From: an uncultured Actinomycetes bacterium
GTDB taxonomy: Bacteria > Actinomycetota > UBA4738 > HRBIN12
Assembly: GCA_963695975.1 (NCBI GenBank)
Contig: CAVOIB010000002.1
Coordinates: 589,855-653,854 of the forward strand
Direction: 5' to 3'
DNA: 64,000 nt
Within the stretch, counting starts at the first letter, position 1. Every line of letters starts with the position of its first letter. Made by a program: the position numbers and the translations under genes. Of the stretch, positions 9,078 to 18,859 are shown in pieces. The notes below the pieces were generated by a model that saw only the letters and a program-made list of their open reading frames with translations, made no database searches and was not told the DNA's origin.

Positions 9078-10075
9078 GTCCCGAGGCGCTCCACGAGTGA
9101 AGCCAGTCGTGCGGTGAACCGCCCCATGAATCCGGGCACATCGACGTCGAGCGCAACGCGAGCGTTGTCCTCGGGCAGCCAGCCGGTAGGCCACGGACTC
9201 CGTCGGATCCCGCGCAGGTCGGTGACCGTCTCGCCTCGCGTCCAGGTCCCGTCCGTCTCGACCTCCACCCGCGTCGTCTGCAGGCGCGCGAGCGAAGGGT
9301 CGATCGCGATTGCGAGCGCGAGGGGGTCGTGCATCGAGGCGCCGTCCGTCGAGCCGTAGCGCTCGTAGAACTCGATGTAGAACAAGGCCGCTCCTTGCAG
9401 GAACCGCGCAACCGCAGAGCCCGGCGCGGGCGCACACATCGCATCGACGCCGTCGCGTCCGAGCTTCACGCGTTCCGTCACGTCGAGCCCGACGCCGACG
9501 GGAAGCTTCTCCTCGGGCGCGCCCGCGAACCCGCGGAGGACCGCCTGGGCTGCCTCCGGATCGACCCAGATGTTCGCCTCGGCCGACGGCGTGACGTTCC
9601 CTTGCTGAGCGAACGCGCCACCCATGATCGTGAACCCTCGCAGCAGCGTGGGGAGCGACGGCTCCTCCGCGAGCGCGAGCGCGACGTTCGTGAGCGGTCC
9701 GGTGGCGACCAAGAGGATCTCGCCGGGCCGTCCACGGACGGAATCGACCAACAGGCGGACGGCATCTCGATCTGAGATCGGCCGTGAGGCGGGCGGCAAC
9801 TCCGCCCTACCGAGGCCGCGATCACCGTGCACGACCGGGAACGCAAGGTGTTCCCGCACCAACGGCCGAGCGGCTCCACGCGCAACCTCCACGTCGGCGC
9901 GGCCGCACAACTCGAGCACGGCGAGCGTATTCTCCGTCGTCTGGTCGACGTCTACGTTGCCCATCAGCGTCGTCGCCGCGATCAGGTCCACCTCGGGGGA
10001 CGCGCACGCGTACATGAGGGCGAGGGCGTCGTCCACGCCGGTGTCGACGTCCAGGATCAGCGGGATCCCGGTCAC
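9074..10075 (-). CDS. Inosine-uridine-preferring nucleoside hydrolase
   Basis: N-terminal DVDTGVDDA aspartate cluster, 333 aa. Stop overlaps the rbsK start (ATGA). Confidence 0.85.
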   Translation of the reverse strand: MTGIPLILDVDTGVDDALALMYACASPEVDLIAATTLMGNVDVDQTTENTLAVLELCGRADVEVARGAARPLVREHLAFPVVHGDRGLGRAELPPASRPISDRDAVRLLVDSVRGRPGEILLVATGPLTNVALALAEEPSLPTLLRGFTIMGGAFAQQGNVTPSAEANIWVDPEAAQAVLRGFAGAPEEKLPVGVGLDVTERVKLGRDGVDAMCAPAPGSAVARFLQGAALFYIEFYERYGSTDGASMHDPLALAIAIDPSLARLQTTRVEVETDGTWTRGETVTDLRGIRRSPWPTGWLPEDNARVALDVDVPGFMGRFTARLASLVERLGT

Positions 10076-10076
10076 G

Positions 10077-10709
10077 CTAGGCGGTGACCGGCTCCAGGGC
10101 GAAGCCGATCAGCTTCGCGGCGACATCCATGCACATCCGTTTCATCGTCTCGGGATCGAGTTGCGGATCGTTCATCAAGACCTGGATCGCCATCCCATCG
10201 ATCAACGATCCGAGCTGCACGCCGAGCTCCTCGGCATCGGGGCCCTCCGGGAATTCGCCCGTTTCGCGGCCGCTCTTGATGATGTCGGCGATGGATTGCC
10301 GCCAGCGTCGGTCGAGCACCTCCGCCTCTTTGGCGAGAGCGGGATCGCGGAGGGCCCGCACCCAGATCTCGATCCACAGCGCCCACTCTTCCAGCCGCTC
10401 GAAATCGGGCAAGAGACCGGGAACGGATAGATCGATGAGCCGCTCGAAGCGCTCACGGGCGGTTGTGAGCCGACGGAGATCCCGGGACTGCGCCAGGTAG
10501 TACTTGTCGTTCGCGTAGGTGAGCGCCTCTACCAACAGCCGGTCTTTCGACTCGAAGTAGTAGAGGATCAGGCCGGGCGAGACGCCGCAGCGCTCCGCGA
10601 TGTCGGAGATCCGCGTGTCGCTGAGGCCGCGATCGGTGATGACGCGGGCGGCAGCTTCCAAGATCTCCTGGTGGCGGTCCTTCGACTGCTTCTGGCGGGT
10701 GCGGTTCAT
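10077..10709 (-). CDS. TetR/AcrR-family transcriptional regulator
   Basis: N-terminal HTH ISDIAERCGVSPGLILYYFESKDRLL, 210 aa. Confidence 0.85.
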   Translation of the reverse strand: MNRTRQKQSKDRHQEILEAAARVITDRGLSDTRISDIAERCGVSPGLILYYFESKDRLLVEALTYANDKYYLAQSRDLRRLTTARERFERLIDLSVPGLLPDFERLEEWALWIEIWVRALRDPALAKEAEVLDRRWRQSIADIIKSGRETGEFPEGPDAEELGVQLGSLIDGMAIQVLMNDPQLDPETMKRMCMDVAAKLIGFALEPVTA

Positions 10710-10772
10710 CGGATCCCCTGGCTTGAACGCCGTACAGGCTCGGGCGGCGACTCCGGTGGTTCCTGGCTCACC

Positions 10773-10798
10773 GTTCAGGCAACTCTACCCCTCTGAAC
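10773..10798. promoter_or_regulatory. Inverted repeat GTTCAG-N14-CTGAAC, candidate TetR operator
   Basis: Perfect 6-bp arms in the TetR / oxidoreductase divergent intergenic region. Confidence 0.3.
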
Positions 10799-10832
10799 AG
10801 CGATGTCAAAGCCGCAGGTCGATGCGTCGGAG

Positions 10833-10862
10833 TTGACTCATGATTCAAACTCAGGGCATAAT
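10833..10862 (+). promoter_or_regulatory. Sigma-70/SigA-like promoter TTGACT-N18-CATAAT
   Basis: AT-rich island in a 70% GC background. A GGAGGGA RBS sits 6 nt before the ATG at 10918. Confidence 0.4.
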
Positions 10863-10917
10863 CCTGGCGTTCGCGGCCGGGCGGCCGGTCGCGACGGAGG
10901 GGGAGGGATCGACCGGC

Positions 10918-12534
10918 ATGGCGAACGTCTACGACGCGATCATCATCGGTGGAGGCCATAACGGACTCACGAGCGGGGCCTACTTCGCGCGCGCGGGCGC
11001 CCGCACCGTCGTGCTCGAGGCGCGGGGGAAGACGGGCGGCGCCGCCGACACGAGCGCCCCGTTCCCGGACCACCCGGAGATAAACGTCACGACGTACTCC
11101 TATGTCATGTCGCTGATGCCGCCGACGATCATCCGTGAACTCAACCTCAAGCGGCACGGTTATGACGTCACGCCGTTCGGACCGTACTACCAGGCCTTTC
11201 CCGACGGCCGTGCGATCACCGTCTACGCCGACGACGCCAAGAAGAGCTACGAGTCGATCGCGCAGTTCTCCAAGAAGGACGCGGACATCCTGCCGAAGTG
11301 GGAGGCGTGGCTGAAGGGGGTGGCCGACGTGCTCGGTCCGCTTCTCCTGCATGTGCCGCCGAAGCTCGGCTCGCTCGCCTTCGGCGACCTCATCGCGAGC
11401 GCGCAGTCCGCGTGGAAGATGCGCAAGCTCGGCACGCGCGGCGTCGCCGACGTCACGAGGTTGTTCACGATGAGCGTGAGCGACCTGCTCGACGACTGGT
11501 TCGAGTCGGACGAGATCAAGGGCATGCTCGCGGTGAACGGCGTGATCGGGACGTGGGCCGGACCGGACGAGCCGGGAACCGCCTACGTGATGCTCCACCA
11601 TTCGATCGGCGACGTCGGCGACGGTCACCTCGGTTCGTGGGGGTTCCAGCAGGGTGGGATGGGTGCCGTCTCCGATTCGATCCGCCGGTCGGCCGAGTCG
11701 TTCGGCGCGGAGATCAGGACGGACGCGCGGGTGAAGAAGATCTTGGTGCGCGGCGGCCGGGCCGTGGGCGTGGCCCTCGAGAACGGCGACGAGCTCCGCG
11801 CGCCGGTCGTGGTCACGACCGTCCATCCGCAGATCGCGTTCTTGAAGCTGATCGACCGGCAGGAGCTTCCGGCGGACTTCGTCTGGGACATCGAGCGCTG
11901 GAAGACACGCTCCGGTGTGGTCAAAGTGAATGTGGCGATGTCGGAGCTGCCCGACTTCATCGCGAACCCCGGCAAGGAGCAGCAGGACCACCACACGGGC
12001 TCGGTCGAGCTGTGCTTCTCTCCCCGATACGCGGAGCGTGCGTTCCAGGACGCGCACATCGAACGCAAGGCAGCGGTGGCGCCGTTCGTAGACGGGACGA
12101 TCCCCACCACCCTCGATAAGAAGCTGGCGCCCGAGGGCGTGCACGTCTTCTCGATGTTCAGCCAATGGGTCCCGGACGATTGGAACACCGAGCCGCATCG
12201 CGACGAACTGGAGCAGTACGCCGACCGGATCATCGACAAGTACACGGAGCTCGCGCCCAACTTCAAGTCGGCCGTGATCGATCGTCAGGTGATCGGCCCC
12301 TACGAGATGGAGCAGGAGCTGGGCCTACTGGGTGGCAACATCTTCCACGGCGAGCTGAGCGTGGATCAGCTCTTCCATATGCGGCCCGCGCCGGGCTACG
12401 CGGACTACCGGACGCCGATCAAGGGCCTGTACCACGGATCCTGCGCCACCCACGGCGGAGGCGGCGTCAACGGCATCCCCGGCTGGCAGGCCTTCAACAT
12501 GGCGAAGAAGGACAAGGCCGTCGGCAAGAAGTAG
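10918..12534 (+). CDS. FAD/NAD(P)-binding oxidoreductase, phytoene-desaturase (CrtI/COG1233) family
   Basis: Rossmann motif IIIGGGHNGL. The start was moved to 10918 because the ATG at 10840 sits inside the predicted promoter. Confidence 0.8.
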   Translation: MANVYDAIIIGGGHNGLTSGAYFARAGARTVVLEARGKTGGAADTSAPFPDHPEINVTTYSYVMSLMPPTIIRELNLKRHGYDVTPFGPYYQAFPDGRAITVYADDAKKSYESIAQFSKKDADILPKWEAWLKGVADVLGPLLLHVPPKLGSLAFGDLIASAQSAWKMRKLGTRGVADVTRLFTMSVSDLLDDWFESDEIKGMLAVNGVIGTWAGPDEPGTAYVMLHHSIGDVGDGHLGSWGFQQGGMGAVSDSIRRSAESFGAEIRTDARVKKILVRGGRAVGVALENGDELRAPVVVTTVHPQIAFLKLIDRQELPADFVWDIERWKTRSGVVKVNVAMSELPDFIANPGKEQQDHHTGSVELCFSPRYAERAFQDAHIERKAAVAPFVDGTIPTTLDKKLAPEGVHVFSMFSQWVPDDWNTEPHRDELEQYADRIIDKYTELAPNFKSAVIDRQVIGPYEMEQELGLLGGNIFHGELSVDQLFHMRPAPGYADYRTPIKGLYHGSCATHGGGGVNGIPGWQAFNMAKKDKAVGKK

Positions 12535-12537
12535 CGG

Positions 12538-14688
12538 GTGACGGAGGCGAGAGGCGAACCCGGGGTACCGACCACGCTCGAGCGGATGCTCGGGGCGCGA
12601 TCGGTAGCCGTCGTGGGCGCCAGCGTCAAGGAGGGGTCGCTCGGCCGCCAGATGATGGTCGAGCTTCAGCGGGGTGGCTTCGACGGAGGCGTGTATCCCG
12701 TGAACCCCGGCTACGACGAGGTCCTGGGCATCCGATGCTACGCCTCGATCGCCGACGTGCCCGAGCCCGTCGACCTCGCGATCCTCGGCGTCGCCGATCA
12801 TCGTGTCGAGCAGGCACTCAGCGACGCGGTGGCGGCCGGGGCGGGGTCGGCCGTGACCTTCTCCTTACTCCATGAAGACGCGCTGCCTTCCCCCGACGCG
12901 CTCCCGCTGGCGGATCGTGTTGCCGCGATCGCGCGCGAGGCGAAGATCCCACTTTGCGGCGGCAACGGCATGGGGTTCCTCAACCTCGAGGCCAACCTCC
13001 GCGCGACCGGGTTCGCGACGCCCGATCACCTCCGTCGCGGCCCGGTGGCGTTCATCAGTCACTCGGGGTCGGCGTTCGCCGCGCTCGCGTTCAACGATCG
13101 TGGGATCGGGTTCAACCTGCTCATCTCGTCCGGGCAGGAGATCGTCACCGACCTCGCTGAGTACATCGAACACGCGCTCGCACTGCCCTCGACGCGCGTG
13201 ATCGCGCTCCTGATCGAGACCGTGCGACGCCCGGAGCGATTCCGAGCCGCACTCGCGCACGCTGCTGACCTCGACATCCCCGTGATCGCGTTGAAGGTCG
13301 GACGCACGGAGGGGTCGAAGCCTCTGGTCGCCGCGCACTCAGGCGCGCTGGCGGGCGAGGATGGGGCGTACGAGGCGTTGTTCGACGCATTCGGTGTTCT
13401 GCGGGTGGCCACGCTCGACGAGATGGCCGACGTGATGGAGCTCTTCTCCTGTCCTCGTCGCGTGACGTCCGGCATGGGGATCGCGTCGATCCACGACTCC
13501 GGCGGGGAGCGTGCGATGTTCGTCGACGTCGCCGCCGACCTCGGTGTTCCGTTCGCCTCGATATCGGAGGCGACGACGGCGAGGATCCAGGCGACGCTCG
13601 ATCCCGGCCTGACCGCGGCGAACCCACTCGACGCATGGGGGACCGGCATCGACGCTGATCGGATCTTCACCGAGTGCTTCCACGCGCTGCACGACGACCC
13701 GGAGACGGCCGTGGTCGCGTTCGTGGTGGACATGACGCGCCAGGGCGAGCCGCACGAGGAGGGCTATGTGCACATCGCGCGCCAGGTGTTCGCGTCCACG
13801 ACCAAGCCGTTCTGCGTCCTGTCCAACCTTGCGAGCGCTGTGGCCAACGAGGAGGCGGCGCTCCTGCGGGACGACGGCATCCCGGTGCTCGAAGGGACGG
13901 CGTCGGGTCTGGTCGCGCTGCGGCACCTGCTGGAGTGGAGCACCACGCGCGGTCGGCCGTCCCACGGTGCGCCGCAGCCCGTTCCGCGAGACGTCCGCGA
14001 ACGCTGGCGTACACGGCTGAGCGCCGGTGGCGAGCTGGGCGAGGCGGAAGGTTTGGCGTTGCTTACCGAATACGGGATCGCCACGACACGTAGCGTGAAC
14101 GCTTCATCGATCGAAGAGGTGCTCGCCGGAGCCCGCGACGTCGGCTGGCCGGTCGTGCTGAAGACGGCGGCGCCCGGCATCCAACACAAGTCAGACGTAG
14201 GCGGGGTAGCGCTCGCTCTTGGCGACGATGTCGAGCTCCGCGCCGCCTACGCGGACATCACCTCTCGCTTGGGCCCCGAGGTCGTGGTGGGCGCCATGAT
14301 CTCCGGGGGGGTGGAGTTGGCCCTGGGCGTCGTCCGCGATCCGCAGTTCGGGCCCCTCGTATTGGCCGCCGCGGGGGGCGTGCTCGTGGAGGTGCTCCAC
14401 GATCGCCGCCTCGCGTTGCCACCACTCGATGAGCAGCGGGCCAGGGAGTTGGTCGATCGACTAGCGATCCGTCCGCTACTCGACGGCGTCCGAGGTGCTC
14501 CGGCTGCCGACATCGCGGCGCTCGTGCGCGCGGTATCTCGGATCTCGGTGCTCGCGGCCGATCTCGGAGACCTCGTCGAGGCGATCGACGTCAATCCCGT
14601 CATCGTCACGGCGGACGGATGCACCGCGGTCGACATCTTGGTGATCCCGCGGGATGTTCAGGCTGGAGGGAGCGGTCGCCGAGTGTGA
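12538..14688 (+). CDS. ADP-forming acyl-CoA synthetase (fused CoA-binding/ligase and ATP-grasp domains)
   Basis: N-terminal CoA-binding SVAVVGAS...YPVNPG, ligase-CoA domain, C-terminal ATP-grasp, 716 aa. The start could instead be M at 12586. Confidence 0.8.
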   Translation: MTEARGEPGVPTTLERMLGARSVAVVGASVKEGSLGRQMMVELQRGGFDGGVYPVNPGYDEVLGIRCYASIADVPEPVDLAILGVADHRVEQALSDAVAAGAGSAVTFSLLHEDALPSPDALPLADRVAAIAREAKIPLCGGNGMGFLNLEANLRATGFATPDHLRRGPVAFISHSGSAFAALAFNDRGIGFNLLISSGQEIVTDLAEYIEHALALPSTRVIALLIETVRRPERFRAALAHAADLDIPVIALKVGRTEGSKPLVAAHSGALAGEDGAYEALFDAFGVLRVATLDEMADVMELFSCPRRVTSGMGIASIHDSGGERAMFVDVAADLGVPFASISEATTARIQATLDPGLTAANPLDAWGTGIDADRIFTECFHALHDDPETAVVAFVVDMTRQGEPHEEGYVHIARQVFASTTKPFCVLSNLASAVANEEAALLRDDGIPVLEGTASGLVALRHLLEWSTTRGRPSHGAPQPVPRDVRERWRTRLSAGGELGEAEGLALLTEYGIATTRSVNASSIEEVLAGARDVGWPVVLKTAAPGIQHKSDVGGVALALGDDVELRAAYADITSRLGPEVVVGAMISGGVELALGVVRDPQFGPLVLAAAGGVLVEVLHDRRLALPPLDEQRARELVDRLAIRPLLDGVRGAPAADIAALVRAVSRISVLAADLGDLVEAIDVNPVIVTADGCTAVDILVIPRDVQAGGSGRRV

Positions 14689-14698
14689 GGGGGGTTCG

Positions 14699-15004
14699 AT
14701 GATCGCGAGGGTCTGGCGGGGGGCGATGAGCGCCGAAGATGCTGGAGCCTACGCCCGCTACATGGGGTCGACAGGCGTCGAGGAGCTGCGGGCGACGCCG
14801 GGCAACGAAGGGGTGTTCATGCTCCGGCGCGTGGATGGCGACCGGGCCGAGTTCATCGTGATGAGCCTCTGGGGTTCGGAAGCGGCTGTCCACGCGTTCG
14901 CCGGTGATGACATCTCTGCGGCGGTGTTCTACCCGGAGGACGACCGGTACCTGATCGAGCGCGAGCTCACGGCCACGCACTACGAGGTGGTGGACCGAGA
15001 CTAG
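14699..15004 (+). CDS. ABM (antibiotic biosynthesis monooxygenase) domain protein
   Basis: ~100 aa with the ABM-like pattern VFMLRRVDGDRAEFIVMSLWGSEAAVHAF. RBS GAGGGGGG. Confidence 0.5.
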   Translation: MIARVWRGAMSAEDAGAYARYMGSTGVEELRATPGNEGVFMLRRVDGDRAEFIVMSLWGSEAAVHAFAGDDISAAVFYPEDDRYLIERELTATHYEVVDRD

Positions 15005-15019
15005 TCTGGGACAGACTAG
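15001..15019. repeat. Palindrome CTAGTCTG-GGA-CAGACTAG (copy 1 of 3)
   Basis: Perfect 8-bp arms that include the TAG stop of the ABM gene. The same motif recurs at 37432 and 54054. Confidence 0.6.
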
Positions 15020-15058
15020 GATCGCTCGCATCTGTGGGTCCGCCCCGGGCCGGCATGC

Positions 15059-16486
15059 TCAGGGGATGAAGTCCGATGGCTGGGTGCCGGGCGGCCACCC
15101 GGGGTAGTCCTCGGGCACGTAATTGAAGGGGTGCCCGTAGGTGTTCGCCCTGGTCGTCGTGGTTGCGGGAGGTCGTGCCGGCTTCGTGAAGTCGAAGATG
15201 TGCTCCATGTTGTGCGTGTCGGCGATCCGAGACGTGAGCGGTGCGAGTCCCCAGTTGTCGGAGATGAACCGTAGCGGCGTGGAGAACTCGCCGAGCTGAT
15301 CGTCGATCAACCCTCGACGCGTGTACGGGGAGATCGTGAGCAGCGGCACGCGGAAGCCGAGGCCGACATCGTCGATGCTGGGTGGCATCACGTGGTCGTA
15401 GAAGCCGCCCCACTCGTCCCACGTGATGAAGATGGCCGTGTGCGCCCACATGTCGCTCACCATGATCGCGTTCACGATGTCGGTGACCCAGTTGTGGGAG
15501 AACGACGTGCTGTAGGGCGGGTGATCCGAGAGCTCGAAGCGAGGGGTGATCCAGGTCACCGCGGGAAGACGGCTCGCTCGCAGGTCCTCGAGGAGCCCGT
15601 CCACGGGCCGGATGTGGGCGTTCCAATACGCCTCGTCGTGGAAGATGCCTTCGATACCGTTGTACGCGTTCCAGAAGTAGCCGGGCTGTCCCCAATCGGC
15701 TGCGTAATAGGCCCAGTCGACCCCGGCCTCGCTGAGCTGTTCTCCCACGGTCTTGAACGTGAAGCACGTGTCGTGCTTGCCGAGGTTGCCGGCCTCATCC
15801 TTGGCGAACACGAAGACCTCGTCGCCGATCGCGTCACAGCCCCAGCTCTTGTAGATCTTGTCGCCCTCCTGACGCGAGGCGATGTTCTCGGGGTTGTCGA
15901 TCACGCCGCCCGACTGGCCGGCGATGAAGTAGTAGTGGTTCGGGTACGACGGCCCGAGCGCCGACGCGTAGAAGTTGTCGGAGAGCGCGTACTCACGGGC
16001 CCAGTGGTAGTAGTTGGGCACCTGCTGCTCGTGGAACTGCGAGTAGCCGTACACGGCGCCCCAGGCGCCGCCTCCGAAGCCGTCGAGGTTCCCACCGTTG
16101 ATGCAATTGTAGGCGGCCGCACGATCGTGCTGGAGATCGCCCGGCAGCCAGTCGGGACACACGATGAGCGGTTGTTCCTTGCCGTTCGCCACGCCGACCG
16201 TGGCGCCGTTCACGCCCGGGAACCGACCGAAGAGGTTGTCGAAGCTCCGGTTCTCGAGCATGAGGTACACGACGCGCTTGATCGGCCATCGGGTCTCGAT
16301 CGCCGGCGTACGGTCGCTCACGTGTGTGATGGTGCGTCCGCCGGTGCAGGAGAAGAGCACCCCCCCAGCGACAGCCATGGCGGATCGCTGCAGGAAGGTT
16401 CGACGGTCGAACGGCAAGGGGTGCGCGCCGAGTCGCGTCTGTTCGCGAGTGGTGAATCGATCGGGCATGCCCATCAGTTCTACCAA
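15059..16486 (-). CDS. Phosphoesterase / phospholipase C (PlcC/AcpA) family protein, Tat-secreted
   Basis: Twin-arginine motif RRTFLQRSAMAVAGG, then the phosphoesterase motifs ENRSFDNLFG and DEWGGFYDHV. Confidence 0.8.
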   Translation of the reverse strand: MVELMGMPDRFTTREQTRLGAHPLPFDRRTFLQRSAMAVAGGVLFSCTGGRTITHVSDRTPAIETRWPIKRVVYLMLENRSFDNLFGRFPGVNGATVGVANGKEQPLIVCPDWLPGDLQHDRAAAYNCINGGNLDGFGGGAWGAVYGYSQFHEQQVPNYYHWAREYALSDNFYASALGPSYPNHYYFIAGQSGGVIDNPENIASRQEGDKIYKSWGCDAIGDEVFVFAKDEAGNLGKHDTCFTFKTVGEQLSEAGVDWAYYAADWGQPGYFWNAYNGIEGIFHDEAYWNAHIRPVDGLLEDLRASRLPAVTWITPRFELSDHPPYSTSFSHNWVTDIVNAIMVSDMWAHTAIFITWDEWGGFYDHVMPPSIDDVGLGFRVPLLTISPYTRRGLIDDQLGEFSTPLRFISDNWGLAPLTSRIADTHNMEHIFDFTKPARPPATTTTRANTYGHPFNYVPEDYPGWPPGTQPSDFIP

Positions 16487-16552
16487 GGAAGTTCGCTATC
16501 GGTATCCTCGGTGGGTCCCCACGTCCCGGTTGGAGAGCCATCTGCGTAGGTT

Positions 16553-17204
16553 CATGCCGTCGTTGATCACCTGGTCGTTCGTCGTTGCCGCTCTCGCGGC
16601 GTGCGACGGAAGCACTCCTACCGGGCCGTCGTCCACCCCGGCTCCAACGCCGATCGCGTCGGGTTCCCCCGTGGCATCTCCGACCCCTCCCGCGACCCCA
16701 GCCGTTCCCCCGCCCACCAACGGTCCCACGACGAATACCTGTGTGAATGGGTGGACCATGCCTGAGGCCGGCACCCCGCTGTTCACGGATCCGTTGGGGA
16801 TCGTGCGGCGGACCACAGGCGTGAAGGGCCCGCTCGTCGTGGTGAACATGCGGTATTTCGTCGGCCCCGAATCGCCGAGCACGGATCAGGGCTACCTGCT
16901 CGAGGTCGATCGCTGGTACATCCAGCTCTACGCGCAGAACGACATCGCGTTCCAGGGGCGCTTCCTGGTGGAAGGTCGGCGGTTCGGCCGTGGGGTCTCC
17001 GCCGTCGCCCCCTACGACTCCAGCGGGTTCGGCTCTCCCGACTGGGTCGGGTTCCAGTACGAGAGCGCCGATCCGGTTCGAAGGGCATATCCGGGGCTGC
17101 CGGGGCGATGGGACGGCCAGCCGTACGATTTCGTGCTGGGAGGTGCGGGGCTCAAGATTCCTGGACTGCCTGACGAAGTTAGAGGGTGCCTGGATGGCAC
17201 ATAG
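16553..17204 (+). CDS. Lipoprotein, hypothetical
   Basis: Signal peptide with lipobox VVAALAAC, then a Pro/Thr-rich linker. The longer track ORF from 16164 overlaps the phosphoesterase gene and was trimmed. Confidence 0.5.
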
Positions 17205-17577
17205 GCCGATGGGTATCTATCAGAGCTCGGGCCGGACCCGGGACCCGCTTGGCGGTGTCGCGATGCTGATCGGCATCGCGGGTGCGTTCGCGTCCGTCAT
17301 CCTGTGGGCGTATCAGCTCGATCCGCACGGGACCCTCGTTCGTTCGGTCGCGTCGAAGCTCGGACCGGGGTTGGCGTTCGGCGACGGCCTCGTGCTCACG
17401 GCTGCGATCTGCGGCGGCGTTGCGGTCATCATGGCGATCGCCGGTTCCCTTGGCGGCAGCATGCGGGGTTCGTCGGCGATCGCGATCGTCTTCGGCGTGA
17501 TCGCGCTCAGCTACCCGGTGCTCGCCTGGTTCCAGGTGATCTCACGGCCGCTGTTGCACCGCTTCTCGACCGGCTGA
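17194..17577 (+). CDS. Small integral membrane protein, hypothetical
   Basis: Three or four hydrophobic helices. Alternative start at 17209. Confidence 0.4.
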   Translation: MAHRPMGIYQSSGRTRDPLGGVAMLIGIAGAFASVILWAYQLDPHGTLVRSVASKLGPGLAFGDGLVLTAAICGGVAVIMAIAGSLGGSMRGSSAIAIVFGVIALSYPVLAWFQVISRPLLHRFSTG

Positions 17578-17579
17578 TC

Positions 17580-18761
17580 TCAGAGCTCCGACGGCCAGGC
17601 CGTGTACGCTCCGGGCCCGCGCTTGACGAGCTCGTTGCCGATCACCAGTCGCTGGATCTCGGATGTTCCCTCCCAGATCCGATCGACCCGCAGCTCTCGC
17701 CAGAGGCGCTCCACCGGCTGCTCCCGCATGTACCCGCGGCCCCCGTGGATCTGCAACGCCTTGTCGATCACGCGCCCCGCCGTCTCGCTGCACACGAGCT
17801 TCACGGCCGATGCCTGCGCGTGCAGCTCCTTGCGGGTGATCCCCCCGTGCGCCGCCATCCAGCAGACCCGATAGAGCATCGACGTCGCGGCCATGATCTC
17901 GGCGGCCATGTCGGCCAACATGAACTCGATCGCCTGGAATCGAACGATCGCCTCGCCGAACTGCCGGCGTTCCTGGGCGAACGCGAGCGAGAGCTCGAGC
18001 GCACGCGCCGACGCACCCATCGTCCGAGCACCGATCATGAGCCGTTCCTCGACGAACCAGTCCTTGGTGAGCTCATATCCCTCGCCCACCTCGCCCAGGA
18101 CCGCGTCCGCGTCGACTCGCACATCTTCGAACGCGAAGATCGGATGCTCGAACACGAACGTGTGCGTGTACTTCGGCGTGCGAACCAGCCGCACGCCGGG
18201 CAGGGCCTTGTCGACGAGGAAGATCGTGGGCTTCGCGACGTCGCCGTCGACGAGGGCGTGGACCAAGAAGAAGTCGGCGACATCGCCCGACGTCACGTGC
18301 CATTTCTCTCCGTCGAGGATCCAGCCGTCGCCGTCGCGGTGAGCCGACGTCTTAACCATCGAGGGATCCGATCCTGCGAACTCCTCGGTGATCGCATATG
18401 CGTCGCGCCGTTCGCCGCGGGCGGCAGGGCGGAGGTAGCGCTCCTTCTGTGCCTCGGTGCCGCGCGCGAGCGGGATCGAGGGCCGCCAAGGGATGTCCCA
18501 GAGCGCACCGGTCGCCCGGCCCCACTGCTCCTCCACCAGCAGCTGTTGGAAGGTGTCGAGGCCCTGACCGCCGTCCGCCGGCGCGTGGTTGATCGCGTTG
18601 AAGCCCGAATCGAGCACGGCCCGTTTGGCGGTCGTGGCACTTTGGGTCGTGAGTCCGTCGTTCGCCTCGCACTCGTCTTCGAGCGGGATCAGCACGTCGT
18701 CGGTGAACGCGCGCGCGCGCTCCTGAAGAGAGCGGTCCCGCGGGCCCAGTCGGAAGTCCAT
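17580..18761 (-). CDS. Acyl-CoA dehydrogenase
   Basis: ACAD signatures (IHGGRGYMREQPVERLWRELRVDRIWEGTSEIQR). Start placed at MDFRLG to leave a divergent promoter gap with the amidase gene. Confidence 0.85.
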   Translation of the reverse strand: MDFRLGPRDRSLQERARAFTDDVLIPLEDECEANDGLTTQSATTAKRAVLDSGFNAINHAPADGGQGLDTFQQLLVEEQWGRATGALWDIPWRPSIPLARGTEAQKERYLRPAARGERRDAYAITEEFAGSDPSMVKTSAHRDGDGWILDGEKWHVTSGDVADFFLVHALVDGDVAKPTIFLVDKALPGVRLVRTPKYTHTFVFEHPIFAFEDVRVDADAVLGEVGEGYELTKDWFVEERLMIGARTMGASARALELSLAFAQERRQFGEAIVRFQAIEFMLADMAAEIMAATSMLYRVCWMAAHGGITRKELHAQASAVKLVCSETAGRVIDKALQIHGGRGYMREQPVERLWRELRVDRIWEGTSEIQRLVIGNELVKRGPGAYTAWPSEL

Positions 18762-18859
18762 CGTCCGTTCGAGTCTAGGGCGGAGCCGCCCGAGCGCGTG
18801 AGCCGTCATCGCTCGTTCGATAGGCTCGTCGGCGATATGGGGATGAGGGATGTGCACGG

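Noticed and set aside
12538-12585. First 16 codons of the ADP-forming acyl-CoA synthetase ORF (GTG start)
   Set aside because: Not rejected outright, but the CoA-binding domain begins right after M at 12586. Either start is possible and I kept the longer call.
16164-16552. N-terminal 130 codons of the track ORF 16164..17204
   Set aside because: They overlap the phosphoesterase gene on the other strand. The lipoprotein signal peptide and lipobox begin at 16553.
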